DNA of 64,000 nt from Spirochaetia bacterium. GTDB lineage: Bacteria; Spirochaetota; Spirochaetia; UBA9216. The notes beneath the pieces are model-generated. The model was given only the letters and a program-made list of their open reading frames with translations. It was not told the origin of the DNA and searched no databases. The translations under genes and the position numbers were made by a program. Positions 46,628 to 57,172 of this stretch are shown in pieces (position 1 is the stretch's first letter; the number at the start of each line of letters is the position of its first letter). The stretch lies in contig CAXXYH010000004.1 of the NCBI GenBank assembly GCA_963677925.2, positions 1,536,001 to 1,600,000 on the forward strand. The letters are read 5' to 3'.

Positions 46628-47365
46628 TCAGTTCATGGCCTTTCCGCATGCAGGACAGGCCGGGTTTTTTGAGAGCTCTATGCTTGTAAACTCCCATTCG
46701 GTTCCATCGAATATCAGCAGCCTGTTTTTCAGGCTGCTTTTTTTTGTGCAGAGATATTTTACTGCTTCTGTAGCCTGGATTGAACCGGTTATTCCGGCGG
46801 TAGAGCCCAGAATGGGTATGGGCTCTTTATTCCTGATGTCTTCAGGGAATATGCACCTCAGACAGGCTGTTTCAGGCGGCATGAGCATTGAAACCTGTCC
46901 TGCAAGCCCCCGGACTCCGCCGTGGAGAAGGGGAACTCTATACTTCATGGAGTAATCGTTTATAACATAACGGGTGGCAATATTGTCCAGGCAGTCTATT
47001 ATCAGATCACAGTTTGCTGCTGCTTCAGCAAGGCTGTCCGAAATATCTGCATTATATGCAATTATATTTATTTCAGGATTTATCCCTGTAAGTCTTTCGG
47101 AAGCCGAATCGGTTTTGGGAACGCCGATACCGGCTGTCCCGTGAAGAAGCTGCCGGTTAAGATTGGAGAGCTCTACCTTGTCATTATCGCATATAACAAT
47201 TGTTCCGACTCCGGCCGCGGCAAGGTACATGGAAACAGGACTTCCAAGCCCTCCTGCTCCGGCTATCATGACACGTGAATTTTTAAGCATCTCCTGATCA
47301 ATTCTAATTCCGTCATCCAGATGAAGCTGTCTTGAATACCGCTTAAGTTCATTTTCACTTAACAT
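46628..47365 (-). CDS. HesA/MoeB/ThiF-family adenylyltransferase
   Basis: RYSRQ, GAGGLGS, DKVELSNLNRQ, CLRC, CPAC; start after AAGGAG. Confidence 0.92.
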   Translation of the reverse strand: MLSENELKRYSRQLHLDDGIRIDQEMLKNSRVMIAGAGGLGSPVSMYLAAAGVGTIVICDNDKVELSNLNRQLLHGTAGIGVPKTDSASERLTGINPEINIIAYNADISDSLAEAAANCDLIIDCLDNIATRYVINDYSMKYRVPLLHGGVRGLAGQVSMLMPPETACLRCIFPEDIRNKEPIPILGSTAGITGSIQATEAVKYLCTKKSSLKNRLLIFDGTEWEFTSIELSKNPACPACGKAMN

Positions 47366-47414
47366 ATGCCCACTCCTTCTTGATAATATAGCATGAACAG
47401 ACGATATTCTAAAT

Positions 47415-47615
47415 ATGAACAATGGATCTGCAGCACCGGAGCGGGCACCAAACTGTCTGAAATGTGAATACTTCAAGGTGAGCTGGGACCCGGCATTCCC
47501 CCGTTCCTGTACTATGTTCGGTTTTAAGGGGAAACAGCTTCCCTCGGTATCACTGTATCAGGCAACAGGAAAGCACTGTCCCTCGTTCGTTAAATCGTCA
47601 AGAATACGTGACTGA
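47415..47615 (+). CDS. Small four-cysteine protein
   Basis: NCLKCEYFKVSWD...RSC..FGFK...PS......G..C.SF pattern. Confidence 0.7.
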   Translation: MNNGSAAPERAPNCLKCEYFKVSWDPAFPRSCTMFGFKGKQLPSVSLYQATGKHCPSFVKSSRIRD

Positions 47616-47731
47616 AGGCTTTTCATGAAAACCCATAAGCATTATAATCTGAAAGCTTGAATAACCCTAAATTTTTGGTAAACATTTAAAAAACTGCAGT
47701 TTTTAAATGTAGCCTTTGTACGGAGTCTGTT

Positions 47732-48175
47732 TTGCAGGAACTGATAGTAAACAAGGCATTATTGACAGTTTTAATAGCTCTTGTTTCCGCACAGGTGCTA
47801 AAGGTCCTTACTGTCCTTATTTCCGAACGGACACTTAAGGTTTCCAGGCTGAGGGGAACCGGAGGGATGCCTTCATCGCATTCTGCCGCAGTAACGGCGC
47901 TTGCAACCGCGGTCGGAATGACCGAGGGCCTGGGCAGTCCGGAATTTGCCATTGCAACTGTTCTTGCGGTAGTTGTAATGTATGATGCATGCGGAATCAG
48001 ACGTGCTGCAGGCGAGCATGCCAAACTTATCAACGAGCTGACAAGCCAGCTAGAGAGTCTTTTCAAGGACGGATTTGAGCCTAAAACACTTGGAACCCTG
48101 CTCGGTCATACTCTGCCGCAGGTTTTTTTCGGCGGCCTTCTTGGAATACTTATCGCACTTTTAATGTATTTATAA
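47732..48175 (+). CDS. Divergent PAP2 / DUF212 membrane protein
   Basis: GGMPSSHSA, VMYDACGIRRAAG, LGHT..QV. Confidence 0.93.
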   Translation: MQELIVNKALLTVLIALVSAQVLKVLTVLISERTLKVSRLRGTGGMPSSHSAAVTALATAVGMTEGLGSPEFAIATVLAVVVMYDACGIRRAAGEHAKLINELTSQLESLFKDGFEPKTLGTLLGHTLPQVFFGGLLGILIALLMYL

Positions 48176-48200
48176 CGAAATATCTTGGAGGATATTATAT

Positions 48201-49310
48201 ATGGGTCTTAACTGCGGGATAGTCGGACTTCCGAATGTCGGAAAATCTACTATTTTTTCTGCTCTTACATCTGCACCTGCGGAAGCAGCTAATTATCCGT
48301 TCTGTACGATCGATCCGAATGTCGGAATCGTAAATGTACCTGATGAACGGCTTGAAAAAATATCTGAAATTATCATACCTGCCAAAAAGATTCCGGCTGT
48401 AGTCGAATTCGTAGACATTGCCGGTCTTGTAAAGGGAGCTTCAAAGGGCGAGGGGCTTGGCAATCAGTTCCTGTCCCACATAAGGCAGGTAGGTGTAATT
48501 ATTCATGTCGTCAGATGTTTTGAGGATGAGGATATTACCCACGTAAGCGGTAAAATCGATCCTGCATCTGATATTGAAACAATCAATATCGAACTTGCCC
48601 TGGCCGACCTTTCAACCGTCGAAAAAAGGCTTGAGAAATCTGCAAAGAATCTCCGCTCACCGGACAAAGACATAGTAAAGAAAACAACCCTGATTCTTCC
48701 CGCCCTTGAAAAACTCAGGGATGCGCTTTCTGAGGGAACACCGGCCAGAGCTGTTGAGCTGACCGAAGATCAGCTGGAAGCTGTAAAGGAGCTTCAGCTT
48801 ATTACCATGAAAAAACAGATGTATCTCTGCAATGTTGACGAAGCCGGTCTTGCCGATGAGAACGACTACGTTAAGGCTGTTAAGGATATAGCCGCTGCTG
48901 AAGAAACCGAGGTTGAGGTTATCTGCGGCGCTCTTGAAGCTGATATTGCCGCACTGGAAACCGATGAGGAGAAAGCTGAGTTTCTGCAGGAGGCCGGGCT
49001 TGAAGAATCGGGGCTTGCAAGGCTTATTCACAAGGCCTACGCTGCACTCGGGCTTCGAACTTACTTTACTGCCGGAACCGATGAAAACCGGGCCTGGACT
49101 TTTAAAGCCGGAGCTCTCGCTCCCGAAGCTGCAGGTGTAATTCATACCGATTTTCAGAAAGGTTTTATCAAGGCTGAAGTCTATCACTGCGACGACCTCT
49201 TTTCTCTCGGTTCAGAAGACGCAATAAGAAAGGCAGGAAAGCTCAGACAGGAAGGAAAAAACTACATTGTCAAAGACGGCGATGTAATGCACTTTAAGTT
49301 TAACGTCTAA
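48201..49310 (+). CDS. ychF: Ribosome-binding ATPase YchF
   Basis: [44 protein letters not shown]. Confidence 0.98.
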   Translation: MGLNCGIVGLPNVGKSTIFSALTSAPAEAANYPFCTIDPNVGIVNVPDERLEKISEIIIPAKKIPAVVEFVDIAGLVKGASKGEGLGNQFLSHIRQVGVIIHVVRCFEDEDITHVSGKIDPASDIETINIELALADLSTVEKRLEKSAKNLRSPDKDIVKKTTLILPALEKLRDALSEGTPARAVELTEDQLEAVKELQLITMKKQMYLCNVDEAGLADENDYVKAVKDIAAAEETEVEVICGALEADIAALETDEEKAEFLQEAGLEESGLARLIHKAYAALGLRTYFTAGTDENRAWTFKAGALAPEAAGVIHTDFQKGFIKAEVYHCDDLFSLGSEDAIRKAGKLRQEGKNYIVKDGDVMHFKFNV

Positions 49311-49348
49311 TCAAACTTTAAACTCGGTTAGTTTAAAGTTTGATTTTT
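49309..49348 (+). terminator. ychF terminator
   Basis: AATCAAACTTTAAACT-CGGTT-AGTTTAAAGTTTGATT then TTT. Confidence 0.7.
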
Positions 49349-49460
49349 AGTTATTTAAAATCCCATCGCCGATAGGATTCTAAATAACTCAATTACATTT
49401 AAGGTAAGCAGATAAAAAGTCACTGACTTTTTATTTGCATTTAGTGTTTAGGGGAGCCTG

Positions 49461-50552
49461 GTGCTGTACAGGGAATATGGAAATACCGGAAAGAAGCTCT
49501 CGGTTATTGGTTTTGGAGGCATGCGCTTCGAAAACACCCGGGAGCTGGAAAAGTCCGCTGAAATGCTTTTGTATGCTTCGGAGCTCGGAATAAATTACTT
49601 CGATACAGCGCCTGCCTATCTTCATGGAAAATCTGAAAAAATATTCGGCCTTGCCTTTGAGCAAATGAACAGCTCGGGACAGGATTTCTATGTTTCTTCA
49701 AAGAGTGCCGCCTCAAAACCTTCAGTGATTCGTGAAGATTTGGAACATTCTCTTTCCCGAATGAAGCTTGATAAGCTCGACTTTTTCCATGTCTGGTGTG
49801 TCATGTCTCCTGAAGATTTTGAAAAACGAAGGCTTGCCGGTGTCCTTGAGGAGTTTCGCAAGATTCGTGAAGAAGGTCTTGCTGAGCATATCTGCATCTC
49901 GACTCATATGAACGGAGGCGAGATCAGAGATATGCTTGCAGAAGAAGAGTTTGACGGTATTACCCTCGGGTATTCAGCTGTCAACTTTCCTTTCCGTGAG
50001 GACGGGCTTCGGGCTGCTGCTGAAAAAAATATGGGCGTTGTTATCATGAATCCCCTCGGCGGCGGCACCATCGTAAATAATCCCGATGCCTTCTCCTTTC
50101 TGAAAAGCAGCCCTGAAGAAAACATTGTCGACAGTGCCCTGCATTTTCTGCTTTCCGATCCGGCAATAACAACAGCTCTGGTCGGCTTCGGCAGAAAAGA
50201 ACACATAAGCCGGGCAGCTGCGGCTGTTGAGAGTTTCAAAGCCGGAAAACCGGCTGAAATCGAAGCACTTAAGCTGAAAATCCAGGATGAATTCCAGAGC
50301 CTCTGCACAAGCTGCGGCTACTGCAATGTATGTCCCGAAGATATTAAGGTCTGGGCATATATGGAAGCCTATAACCATGTTATACTCAAGAGTCCTGAGA
50401 CAGCGGAACAGCGTGTCCGCTGGCACTGGCATGTGAGTATGAATGATCTTGAAAAATGTATAGAATGCGGCCGCTGTGAAGATGTCTGTACACAGCATCT
50501 TCCAATTATCGAAAGGTTCGGTCTGCTTAAAAAAGAATCAGGAGGCAAATGA
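49461..50552 (+). CDS. Aldo/keto reductase with C-terminal 4Fe-4S dicluster
   Basis: GFGGMRF, YFDTAPAY, MNPLGGG; CTSCGYCNVCP and CIECGRCEDVC. Confidence 0.92.
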   Translation: MLYREYGNTGKKLSVIGFGGMRFENTRELEKSAEMLLYASELGINYFDTAPAYLHGKSEKIFGLAFEQMNSSGQDFYVSSKSAASKPSVIREDLEHSLSRMKLDKLDFFHVWCVMSPEDFEKRRLAGVLEEFRKIREEGLAEHICISTHMNGGEIRDMLAEEEFDGITLGYSAVNFPFREDGLRAAAEKNMGVVIMNPLGGGTIVNNPDAFSFLKSSPEENIVDSALHFLLSDPAITTALVGFGRKEHISRAAAAVESFKAGKPAEIEALKLKIQDEFQSLCTSCGYCNVCPEDIKVWAYMEAYNHVILKSPETAEQRVRWHWHVSMNDLEKCIECGRCEDVCTQHLPIIERFGLLKKESGGK

Positions 50553-51841
50553 AAGCCGGAGAAATGATTACGCGACCGTTCAGGATCTACTCGGGACTTG
50601 AGCGAAGTATTTATGTTCTGTTTTTTGCAAGGATAATTAACAGCCTGGGCTTTTTTGTTTACCCGTTCTTAACCCTTCTTCTTACCAATAAACTGGGTTA
50701 CTCGGCAAAGGATGCCGGAGTAATTCTGATGATCTGCAGTACAAGCTTTGTGCCCGGCTCTCTAATCGGAGGTAAACTCTCAGACCATATCGGCCGAAAG
50801 AAACTGCTGGTTACAGCTCAGCTTTGTTCCGCTGCATGTTTTCTTTCCTGTGCCTTTCTCAAAAACCAGCAGCTTATACCCTTTTTTATTATCGGGGCGG
50901 AGTTTTTCATGGGTGTAGTTCACCCGACAAGTCAGGCGATGGTTTTTGATCTGAGCAGGCCGGAAAACAGAAAAGCCGCTTTTTCACTATTGTATCTGGG
51001 ACATAATATCGGCTTTGCTGTGGGGCCACTTCTTGCCGGATTTCTATACAATAATCACACGAAATGGCTCTTTGCCGGCGATGCAATTACAACTTTTATC
51101 TCTGTAATGCTTGTTATCTTGCTTGTCGCTGAAACAAAACCCGACAGTGAACAGCTGCGTGCAAGCATGGCAGAGGCGGAGCTGGGCGGTAATTCTTCGG
51201 AACATGCAGTTGAGGGCAGTGTTTTTAAAGTCCTGTTTCAGCGCCCTATACTTCTCTGGTTTGTGTTTCTGGTAATGCTTCTGAACTTTGTATATGCCCA
51301 GATGTCCTTTTCTCTGCCGATCTTTATGAATGATACTTTCGGCAGCGACGGACCGATGCTCTTCGGCTCTGCCATGAGTTTTAACGCCGTTGTTGTTATT
51401 GCCGGAACTACACTTATAATATCGGCTACAAAGAATATGAAGCCGATACTGGCAACTGCCCTGACCGCAGTCCTCTATGCTTTCGGATTCGGTGCCATTT
51501 TTTTTGCAAAAACATTTGCTCTGATCATTATTACCGTTTTTATCTGGACAACCGGCGAAATACTCGGGGCGACGAATATAGATGTATTTATCGCCAATCA
51601 TACTCCGATGAGCCACCGGGGCAGAATCAATTCAATAGTGCCGATAATTATGGGTACAGGACAGGCTCTTTCTCCCTTCCTTGTAGGCGGTTTTATCGAA
51701 ATAGCTTCAGTTGAGATGGTATGGCCTCTGTGTTTTATTCTTGCTATGATAGCGGCAGCCGGGTTTACAGTTATGTATTTCTCGGATAAGAAAAAAGACA
51801 GGAAGCAGCCTGATGCAGGACAGACTTTACAAAATAGTTGA
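50549..51841 (+). CDS. MFS transporter
   Basis: GKLSDHIGRK motif A; 12 TM. Confidence 0.92.
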   Translation: MKAGEMITRPFRIYSGLERSIYVLFFARIINSLGFFVYPFLTLLLTNKLGYSAKDAGVILMICSTSFVPGSLIGGKLSDHIGRKKLLVTAQLCSAACFLSCAFLKNQQLIPFFIIGAEFFMGVVHPTSQAMVFDLSRPENRKAAFSLLYLGHNIGFAVGPLLAGFLYNNHTKWLFAGDAITTFISVMLVILLVAETKPDSEQLRASMAEAELGGNSSEHAVEGSVFKVLFQRPILLWFVFLVMLLNFVYAQMSFSLPIFMNDTFGSDGPMLFGSAMSFNAVVVIAGTTLIISATKNMKPILATALTAVLYAFGFGAIFFAKTFALIIITVFIWTTGEILGATNIDVFIANHTPMSHRGRINSIVPIIMGTGQALSPFLVGGFIEIASVEMVWPLCFILAMIAAAGFTVMYFSDKKKDRKQPDAGQTLQNS

Positions 51842-52400
51842 ATTTATTCTGAATATTGCAGAAGCCGAGGAGCTTGAAGTGATTCAGGCGGCCCTGCATA
51901 AAAGACTCACCGATCCGGGAAGAGGCCGGCATATAGGAGTTAATCCCGGGAGAATCGCTTCTGAATCTGCCTCACGTATATCCGAACAGGTTGAAATGTC
52001 CAAAAATACGATATCGGAAATGGCGGCAAATTTTGCTGCCAATATAATCAGGCAGAATGCTCCGGAACTCAGTGAAGCTCAGGTACAGGAGCTGCTTGGT
52101 GAGTTTATGCCTGAATCTGCAGGCGGAAAGCCGAAGCGTGCAAGGGCTTCTTCAAGCGGTGCCGCAGGCGGCGGTCTCCCCGGCGGTTTACTTGTGCAGA
52201 TGGTTGATCAATTTGTTGAATACAGTCTCGGGGCCATGCCGCCTGCCGAGCAGATCCGTATGGAAGAGGAGATACCCGGCTGGAAAAAGAAATACTGGGA
52301 CGCCTTTCCTGAGCAGATTCGAAAACTGATATCACTTCTGCTTGAGGGCGAGATCGATCATGAACGTTTCAGCAGCCACATAAGGGAAGTCCTTTTGTAG
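51813..52400 (+). CDS. Hypothetical protein
   Basis: 195-aa ORF closing the operon, helical composition; no family recognised. Confidence 0.65.
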   Translation: MQDRLYKIVEFILNIAEAEELEVIQAALHKRLTDPGRGRHIGVNPGRIASESASRISEQVEMSKNTISEMAANFAANIIRQNAPELSEAQVQELLGEFMPESAGGKPKRARASSSGAAGGGLPGGLLVQMVDQFVEYSLGAMPPAEQIRMEEEIPGWKKKYWDAFPEQIRKLISLLLEGEIDHERFSSHIREVLL

Positions 52401-52422
52401 AAATCCTTCTAAACAAGCACTT

Positions 52423-53166
52423 CTAATTTTTGGACAGACCTTCAATCTTGGAAAATATATTCTTAAGCCTCTTTGCCTCACCGGCAGAAACTCCGGCTCT
52501 GGCAAAAATATCCCTGAAAAAACTTTTCATATCAGAATCATCAACCTGCTTGAAAAATCCTATGTTTTTCAGATTCCCTGCAATATCAGAGGTAAGGATG
52601 TCAAGTTCTTCTCTGTTTATCGGACGGTAGCCCTTGAACTCTTTTTCCTTGAGTGCTTCATGATAGATAACGTAGGTGATAAGCTGCACAGCGTGCGAGA
52701 GGTTCAGTGAAGGAAAGAGGTCTGATGACTGTATTCTTACCGCCGTGTTGCACAGGCCCAGATCATGCTCATTGAGGCCGGAAACCTCGTTGCCGAATAC
52801 TATCGCTATCCGGCTTTCTGTTGATTCGGCTTCCTCTTCAGCTGCGCAGAGCGGAAGTACAGCCTCAGCCAGGTTTTCGGGTGAAATGCTGAAATATTTT
52901 CTTTTTTTACCGCGTCTTCTTGAAATAGCAGCCGAGTAGACAGTTCCTTCAAGTGCCTTTTCAACTGATTCGGTGATGACCGCCTTTTCCAGAATATCGG
53001 AGGCATGGATTGCCGTGACTGCAGCCTTCTCAAAGTCCTCGGGAATGCTTCCGGCAATATAAAGTTTGCTGAAGCCCATGTTCTTCATTGCCCTGCATAC
53101 TGAGCCTATGTTTTTTGCCGATTGAGGGTTCTCGAGTATTATTCTGACATGTGAAAGGTTTACCAT
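52423..53166 (-). CDS. trmJ: TrmJ/LasT-family SPOUT RNA methyltransferase
   Basis: NIGSVCRAMKNMG, VFGNEVSGL, SLNLSHAVQ. Confidence 0.85.
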   Translation of the reverse strand: MVNLSHVRIILENPQSAKNIGSVCRAMKNMGFSKLYIAGSIPEDFEKAAVTAIHASDILEKAVITESVEKALEGTVYSAAISRRRGKKRKYFSISPENLAEAVLPLCAAEEEAESTESRIAIVFGNEVSGLNEHDLGLCNTAVRIQSSDLFPSLNLSHAVQLITYVIYHEALKEKEFKGYRPINREELDILTSDIAGNLKNIGFFKQVDDSDMKSFFRDIFARAGVSAGEAKRLKNIFSKIEGLSKN

Positions 53167-53176
53167 AATCCTGCCT

Positions 53177-55195
53177 TTATGAAAGTGGTCTTATATTCAG
53201 TACTGAAGGGATGAGCCTTATGCTTTTTAGAACCTGTTTGTATTCGACGTCCCTTGTCATTTCCATTGTAAAGCTGCCCTTCAGGTTGCCTTTGTCGTTT
53301 TCCTCAAGCTTGCCTTCAATTAAATGACCGCCGTATTTTCGTACCGAGCCTTCAATCTCTGAGAAGAGGTCGTTGGTTATTTTCGAAACGACTTCAAAGC
53401 GCCTTGAAGTTATCGGTGATACAGCCTCCCATTCAACATCAATACTTCTCTCTTCGAACTCTTTGATGTTTTTCAGGTTGGTACAGTCTTTACGGTGAAC
53501 AATAATACCGCGGCCTCTGGAAACGTAGCCAATAATGCTGTCTCCCGTCACCGGATTGCAGCAGTTGGCCAGGCTTATCATCATATTTTTTTCATCACCG
53601 ATTTTAAAAACAACCTTCGTTGAGTTTATTACCCGCTTTATAATATCTGATGATGCTGAATCGGTCTGCTTTTCCGCTGCAGACGATTCGTAAGCCTTTG
53701 TTTCATGCACTTCAGCAGGAGCCTTGTGTTTGGCGATGATATTTTTTTCTATAATCAGATCTTCGTTATGCTTGTTGAGATACTGCCTGATCTTGTTTTT
53801 TGCTTTGGATGTCTTCGCCAGTCTGAGCCAGTTGATGTTAGGCTTGCCCTTGTTGGATGTAAGAACTTCAACAACCTGGGTATTTCTCAGCGGAGTGCTC
53901 AGTGGAATTATTGCTCCGTCAGCCTTTGCTCCGATACAGTGGTTTCCGACCTCGGTGTGAATGTGGTAGGCGAAGTCAATCGGCGTTGCATCCTTTGCCA
54001 GTTCAACTATATGGCCGCGCGGTGTGAACACATATATCGAATCCTTTAAAAGTTCACCCTTAATCTCGTCCCAGAATTCGACCTGGGGAATATGCAGCTC
54101 ATTCCAGCGTTTAAGCTTGTTGATGATTGCCAGATCTTCAGGTTTTGCCTTGTCGTTTGAGTCCGCTCCCTTATAGATCCAGTGTGCCGCAACCCCGTAT
54201 TCTGCGGTGTAATGCATTGCATATGAACGGATCTGAACCTCAAGCTTCCTTCCCTCGTTGCACATAACCGTTGTATGAAGGCTGCGGTACTGATTAGACT
54301 TCGGCATTGCAATGTAGTCTTTAAAACGGCCTTCGATAGGAGGCCACAGCCTGTGTACAATGCCCAGAATTGTGTAGCACTCATTCGGTGTATTGCAGAG
54401 TATCCGTATTGCAAGCAGATCGTTTATTTCATCAAGGGCTTTTTTACGCTTTTTCATCTTCCGGTATACCGAATAGATATGCTTTGCCCTGGTCTCCACC
54501 TCGATCTGAACACCTTCCGCGTGGGTCGCCTTAAGAATATCGCGTTCAACCTTTTTAAGGTAGTTAATATTTTCATTCTTAAGCGTGCTGATAGTCTCGC
54601 TCAGCTGCTTGTAGACTTCAGGCCTGAGGTGTTTAAGGGCCAGATCCTCCAGATCTGTTTTAAGCCCCGAAATACCCAGTCTGCCTGCAAGGGGGGCGTA
54701 AATTTCCAGACATTCGTTTGCAATTGACTTCCGCTTTGCCTCGGGCAGAAACTGAAGGGTTTTCATGTTATGCAGTTTATCCGCCAGCTTGATGATGATG
54801 ACCCTGATATCCTTGGTCATCGCAATCAGCATCTTCCGCATTGTCTCGGTTTCCTGGATGGTTTTGCTCTTGGCTTTTACGATGGAAATTTTGGTAACGC
54901 CGTCAACAAGGGCAACAACCTGGCGGCCGAATTCCTTCCGCATCTCAGTTTCAGAAGTGCTTGTATCTTCAAGAACATCATGAAGTAATGCTGCAATTAC
55001 AGTTTCATAGTCCATTCCCAGGTCGACCAGGAATTCAGCAACTGTCAGGGGATGTATGAAAAAAGGCTCGCCGCTGGCCCGTTTCTGGTCTCCGTGTTTT
55101 GTCTGGGCCCAAAGTACAGCCTTCATAATTCTGGCTCTTTCAGTGGGTCGGTAATTTGAAAGTTTATTCTCGAATTTCGTTATCTTGTGATCCAC
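53177..55195 (-). CDS. rel: Bifunctional (p)ppGpp synthetase/hydrolase
   Basis: QKRASGEPF, LLHDVLED, RFKDY, TGS (TPIDFAY), CCNP; start uncertain (GTG 55195 or TTG 55231). Confidence 0.95.
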   Translation of the reverse strand: MDHKITKFENKLSNYRPTERARIMKAVLWAQTKHGDQKRASGEPFFIHPLTVAEFLVDLGMDYETVIAALLHDVLEDTSTSETEMRKEFGRQVVALVDGVTKISIVKAKSKTIQETETMRKMLIAMTKDIRVIIIKLADKLHNMKTLQFLPEAKRKSIANECLEIYAPLAGRLGISGLKTDLEDLALKHLRPEVYKQLSETISTLKNENINYLKKVERDILKATHAEGVQIEVETRAKHIYSVYRKMKKRKKALDEINDLLAIRILCNTPNECYTILGIVHRLWPPIEGRFKDYIAMPKSNQYRSLHTTVMCNEGRKLEVQIRSYAMHYTAEYGVAAHWIYKGADSNDKAKPEDLAIINKLKRWNELHIPQVEFWDEIKGELLKDSIYVFTPRGHIVELAKDATPIDFAYHIHTEVGNHCIGAKADGAIIPLSTPLRNTQVVEVLTSNKGKPNINWLRLAKTSKAKNKIRQYLNKHNEDLIIEKNIIAKHKAPAEVHETKAYESSAAEKQTDSASSDIIKRVINSTKVVFKIGDEKNMMISLANCCNPVTGDSIIGYVSRGRGIIVHRKDCTNLKNIKEFEERSIDVEWEAVSPITSRRFEVVSKITNDLFSEIEGSVRKYGGHLIEGKLEENDKGNLKGSFTMEMTRDVEYKQVLKSIRLIPSVLNIRPLS

Positions 55196-56051
55196 AGCAT
55201 CTTCCGAATGTAACTCTGTCCTTGCCTGCAAGGTCTGTTAAAGTATCTGTTCCGGTAAAACCGGCATCTTTCATCAAATTCCGGATTTCTTCTGAATGTT
55301 TCCATCCGGCTTCTATTAAAAGATAGCTATTATCGGTCAGATAATCCATAGAAGATTCAACAATTATTCTGATAATATCAAGTCCGTCCGTTCCTCCGTC
55401 GAGGGCGAGTCTCGGTTCGGGCCAGTTCTGAGCCTGCATTTCGTCACAGACTTCCGCTTCCACGTAGGGCGGATTCGTCACAATGATATCATATTTACCA
55501 CGGATGTTTTCAAAAAGGTCACTCTGTATAAAACTGATCGACGCGTAAAGATGCCTGCTGTTCTTTCGGGCGGTTTCAAGTGCCTCGGCAGAAATATCTG
55601 AAGCAGTAATTTCCGCATAGGGGATTTCCTTCTTCAGTGTAACGGCTATGCATCCCGAGCCGGTACAGAGATCCAGAATCCTTACAGTTTCACCGTTTCT
55701 GTTGGCTTTCAGATCCGCGGCAATTTCAATGACTCTTTCCACCATTATTTCTGTTTCAGGCCTCGGAACAAGGACCCGTTCATCAACATAAAAATCCCTG
55801 CCGAAGAATTCCTTGACACCCCGGATATAGGAGACAGGATAGCCGTCGATTCGTCTTTTTATTAATTTTCTAAAGGCATCCGCAGTATCATCGGGGACTC
55901 TGTCGGAGTAGGAAGCAAGAAGCTTTTCCCGGCTTATGCCGGCAGCAAATGCAAGAAGAACCGAAGAATCAAGCGACGGCGTATCGCAGAATATCGTTCC
56001 GCAGCCTTCGAGAATCCCGGTTCCTTCTGCAAGAAGTTCTCTATATGTCAT
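55164..56051 (-). CDS. prmC: Release factor glutamine methyltransferase
   Basis: LVPRPETE, DLCTGSG, NPPY, ALDGGTDGL. Confidence 0.96.
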   Translation of the reverse strand: MTYRELLAEGTGILEGCGTIFCDTPSLDSSVLLAFAAGISREKLLASYSDRVPDDTADAFRKLIKRRIDGYPVSYIRGVKEFFGRDFYVDERVLVPRPETEIMVERVIEIAADLKANRNGETVRILDLCTGSGCIAVTLKKEIPYAEITASDISAEALETARKNSRHLYASISFIQSDLFENIRGKYDIIVTNPPYVEAEVCDEMQAQNWPEPRLALDGGTDGLDIIRIIVESSMDYLTDNSYLLIEAGWKHSEEIRNLMKDAGFTGTDTLTDLAGKDRVTFGRCCGSQDNEIRE

Positions 56052-56059
56052 TTTCTGTT

Positions 56060-57127
56060 TTACTGGGTGGCTTTGAGGTATTCTTCTCTGTCGCTCAGCT
56101 TCAGGGCTTCAATTACCTCGTTCATATCACCTTCAATGATGTAGTCCAGCCGGTAAAGGGTAAGGTTTATTCTGTGGTCGGTAAGTCTGTTCTGGGGGAA
56201 GTTGTATGTCCTGATGCGCTCTGAACGGTCACCCGAGCCAACCTGTGTTTTACGGGCATCTGCTCTTTCCTTCGCTTTTTTGGCTTCCTCGGCTTCGAGC
56301 AGTCTTGAACGGAGAACCCTCAGTGCCTTCGCCTTGTTCTTAATCTGGGATTTCTCATCCTGGCAGGTAACAACAACACCGGTGGGAAGGTGGGTAATTC
56401 GAACTGCAGAGTCTGTAGTATTAACGCTCTGGCCTCCGGGACCTGATGAGCGGAATACATCAATCTTGAGATCCTCGGTTTTGATATCGATATCAGTATC
56501 TTCAGCTTCGGGAAGTACCGCCACAGTAACTGCTGAAGTATGAACCCTTCCGCCGGATTCTGTGGACGGGACTCTCTGTACACGGTGAACACCGCTTTCA
56601 TACTTGAGATCACCATAGACATTCTTACCGCTTATTGAAAAGATTATTTCCTTGAAACCGCCGAGGTTTATTTCATTGGTCGACATTACTTCAAGTTTCC
56701 AGCCCCTGGTTTCAGACAGTCTTGAATACATCCGGAAAAGGTCTGCAGCAAACAGGGCTGCTTCATCACCGCCGGTTCCGGCCCTGATTTCCATGATGGT
56801 GTTCTTGCTGTCCAGAGGATCCTTTGGAATAAGCAGGGTTTTCAGTTTCTGTTCGGATTCTTCCAGACTCTCCTCGAGACCTTTGACCTCTTCCTTTGCC
56901 ATTTCCTTCATTTCCGGATCCGTCTCTTCTTCGATAAGAAGATTTGCATCCTCAAGTTCCTGCGAGAGTTTTTTGTAAACCCTGATCTCGGCAACTACTT
57001 CCTGAAGGTGGCTGTGCTCCTGGGCAATTTCTTTATATTTTTTGAGATCCTTCATAATATCCGGATCACTTATCTGAGTTTCGAGTGAATTATATCTTTC
57101 TTCTATTTCGTCAAGTCTGTCTATCAT
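56060..57127 (-). CDS. prfA: Peptide chain release factor 1
   Basis: RVPSTE (PxT), [16 protein letters not shown]. Confidence 0.98.
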   Translation of the reverse strand: MIDRLDEIEERYNSLETQISDPDIMKDLKKYKEIAQEHSHLQEVVAEIRVYKKLSQELEDANLLIEEETDPEMKEMAKEEVKGLEESLEESEQKLKTLLIPKDPLDSKNTIMEIRAGTGGDEAALFAADLFRMYSRLSETRGWKLEVMSTNEINLGGFKEIIFSISGKNVYGDLKYESGVHRVQRVPSTESGGRVHTSAVTVAVLPEAEDTDIDIKTEDLKIDVFRSSGPGGQSVNTTDSAVRITHLPTGVVVTCQDEKSQIKNKAKALRVLRSRLLEAEEAKKAKERADARKTQVGSGDRSERIRTYNFPQNRLTDHRINLTLYRLDYIIEGDMNEVIEALKLSDREEYLKATQ

Positions 57128-57133
57128 TCAGAC

Positions 57134-57162
57134 AGCATAACAGAAAAGTTCAGGCTTTTCAA
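57134..57162 (-). promoter_or_regulatory. Promoter giving a leaderless prfA transcript
   Basis: TTGAAA-17 bp-TATGCT (extended TG), 6 nt before ATG, no SD. Confidence 0.6.
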
Positions 57163-57172
57163 TCTGAGTCTT

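Noticed and set aside
47415-47615. Uracil-DNA glycosylase label sometimes given to such small proteins
   Set aside because: 66 aa is too short and has no UDG catalytic motifs
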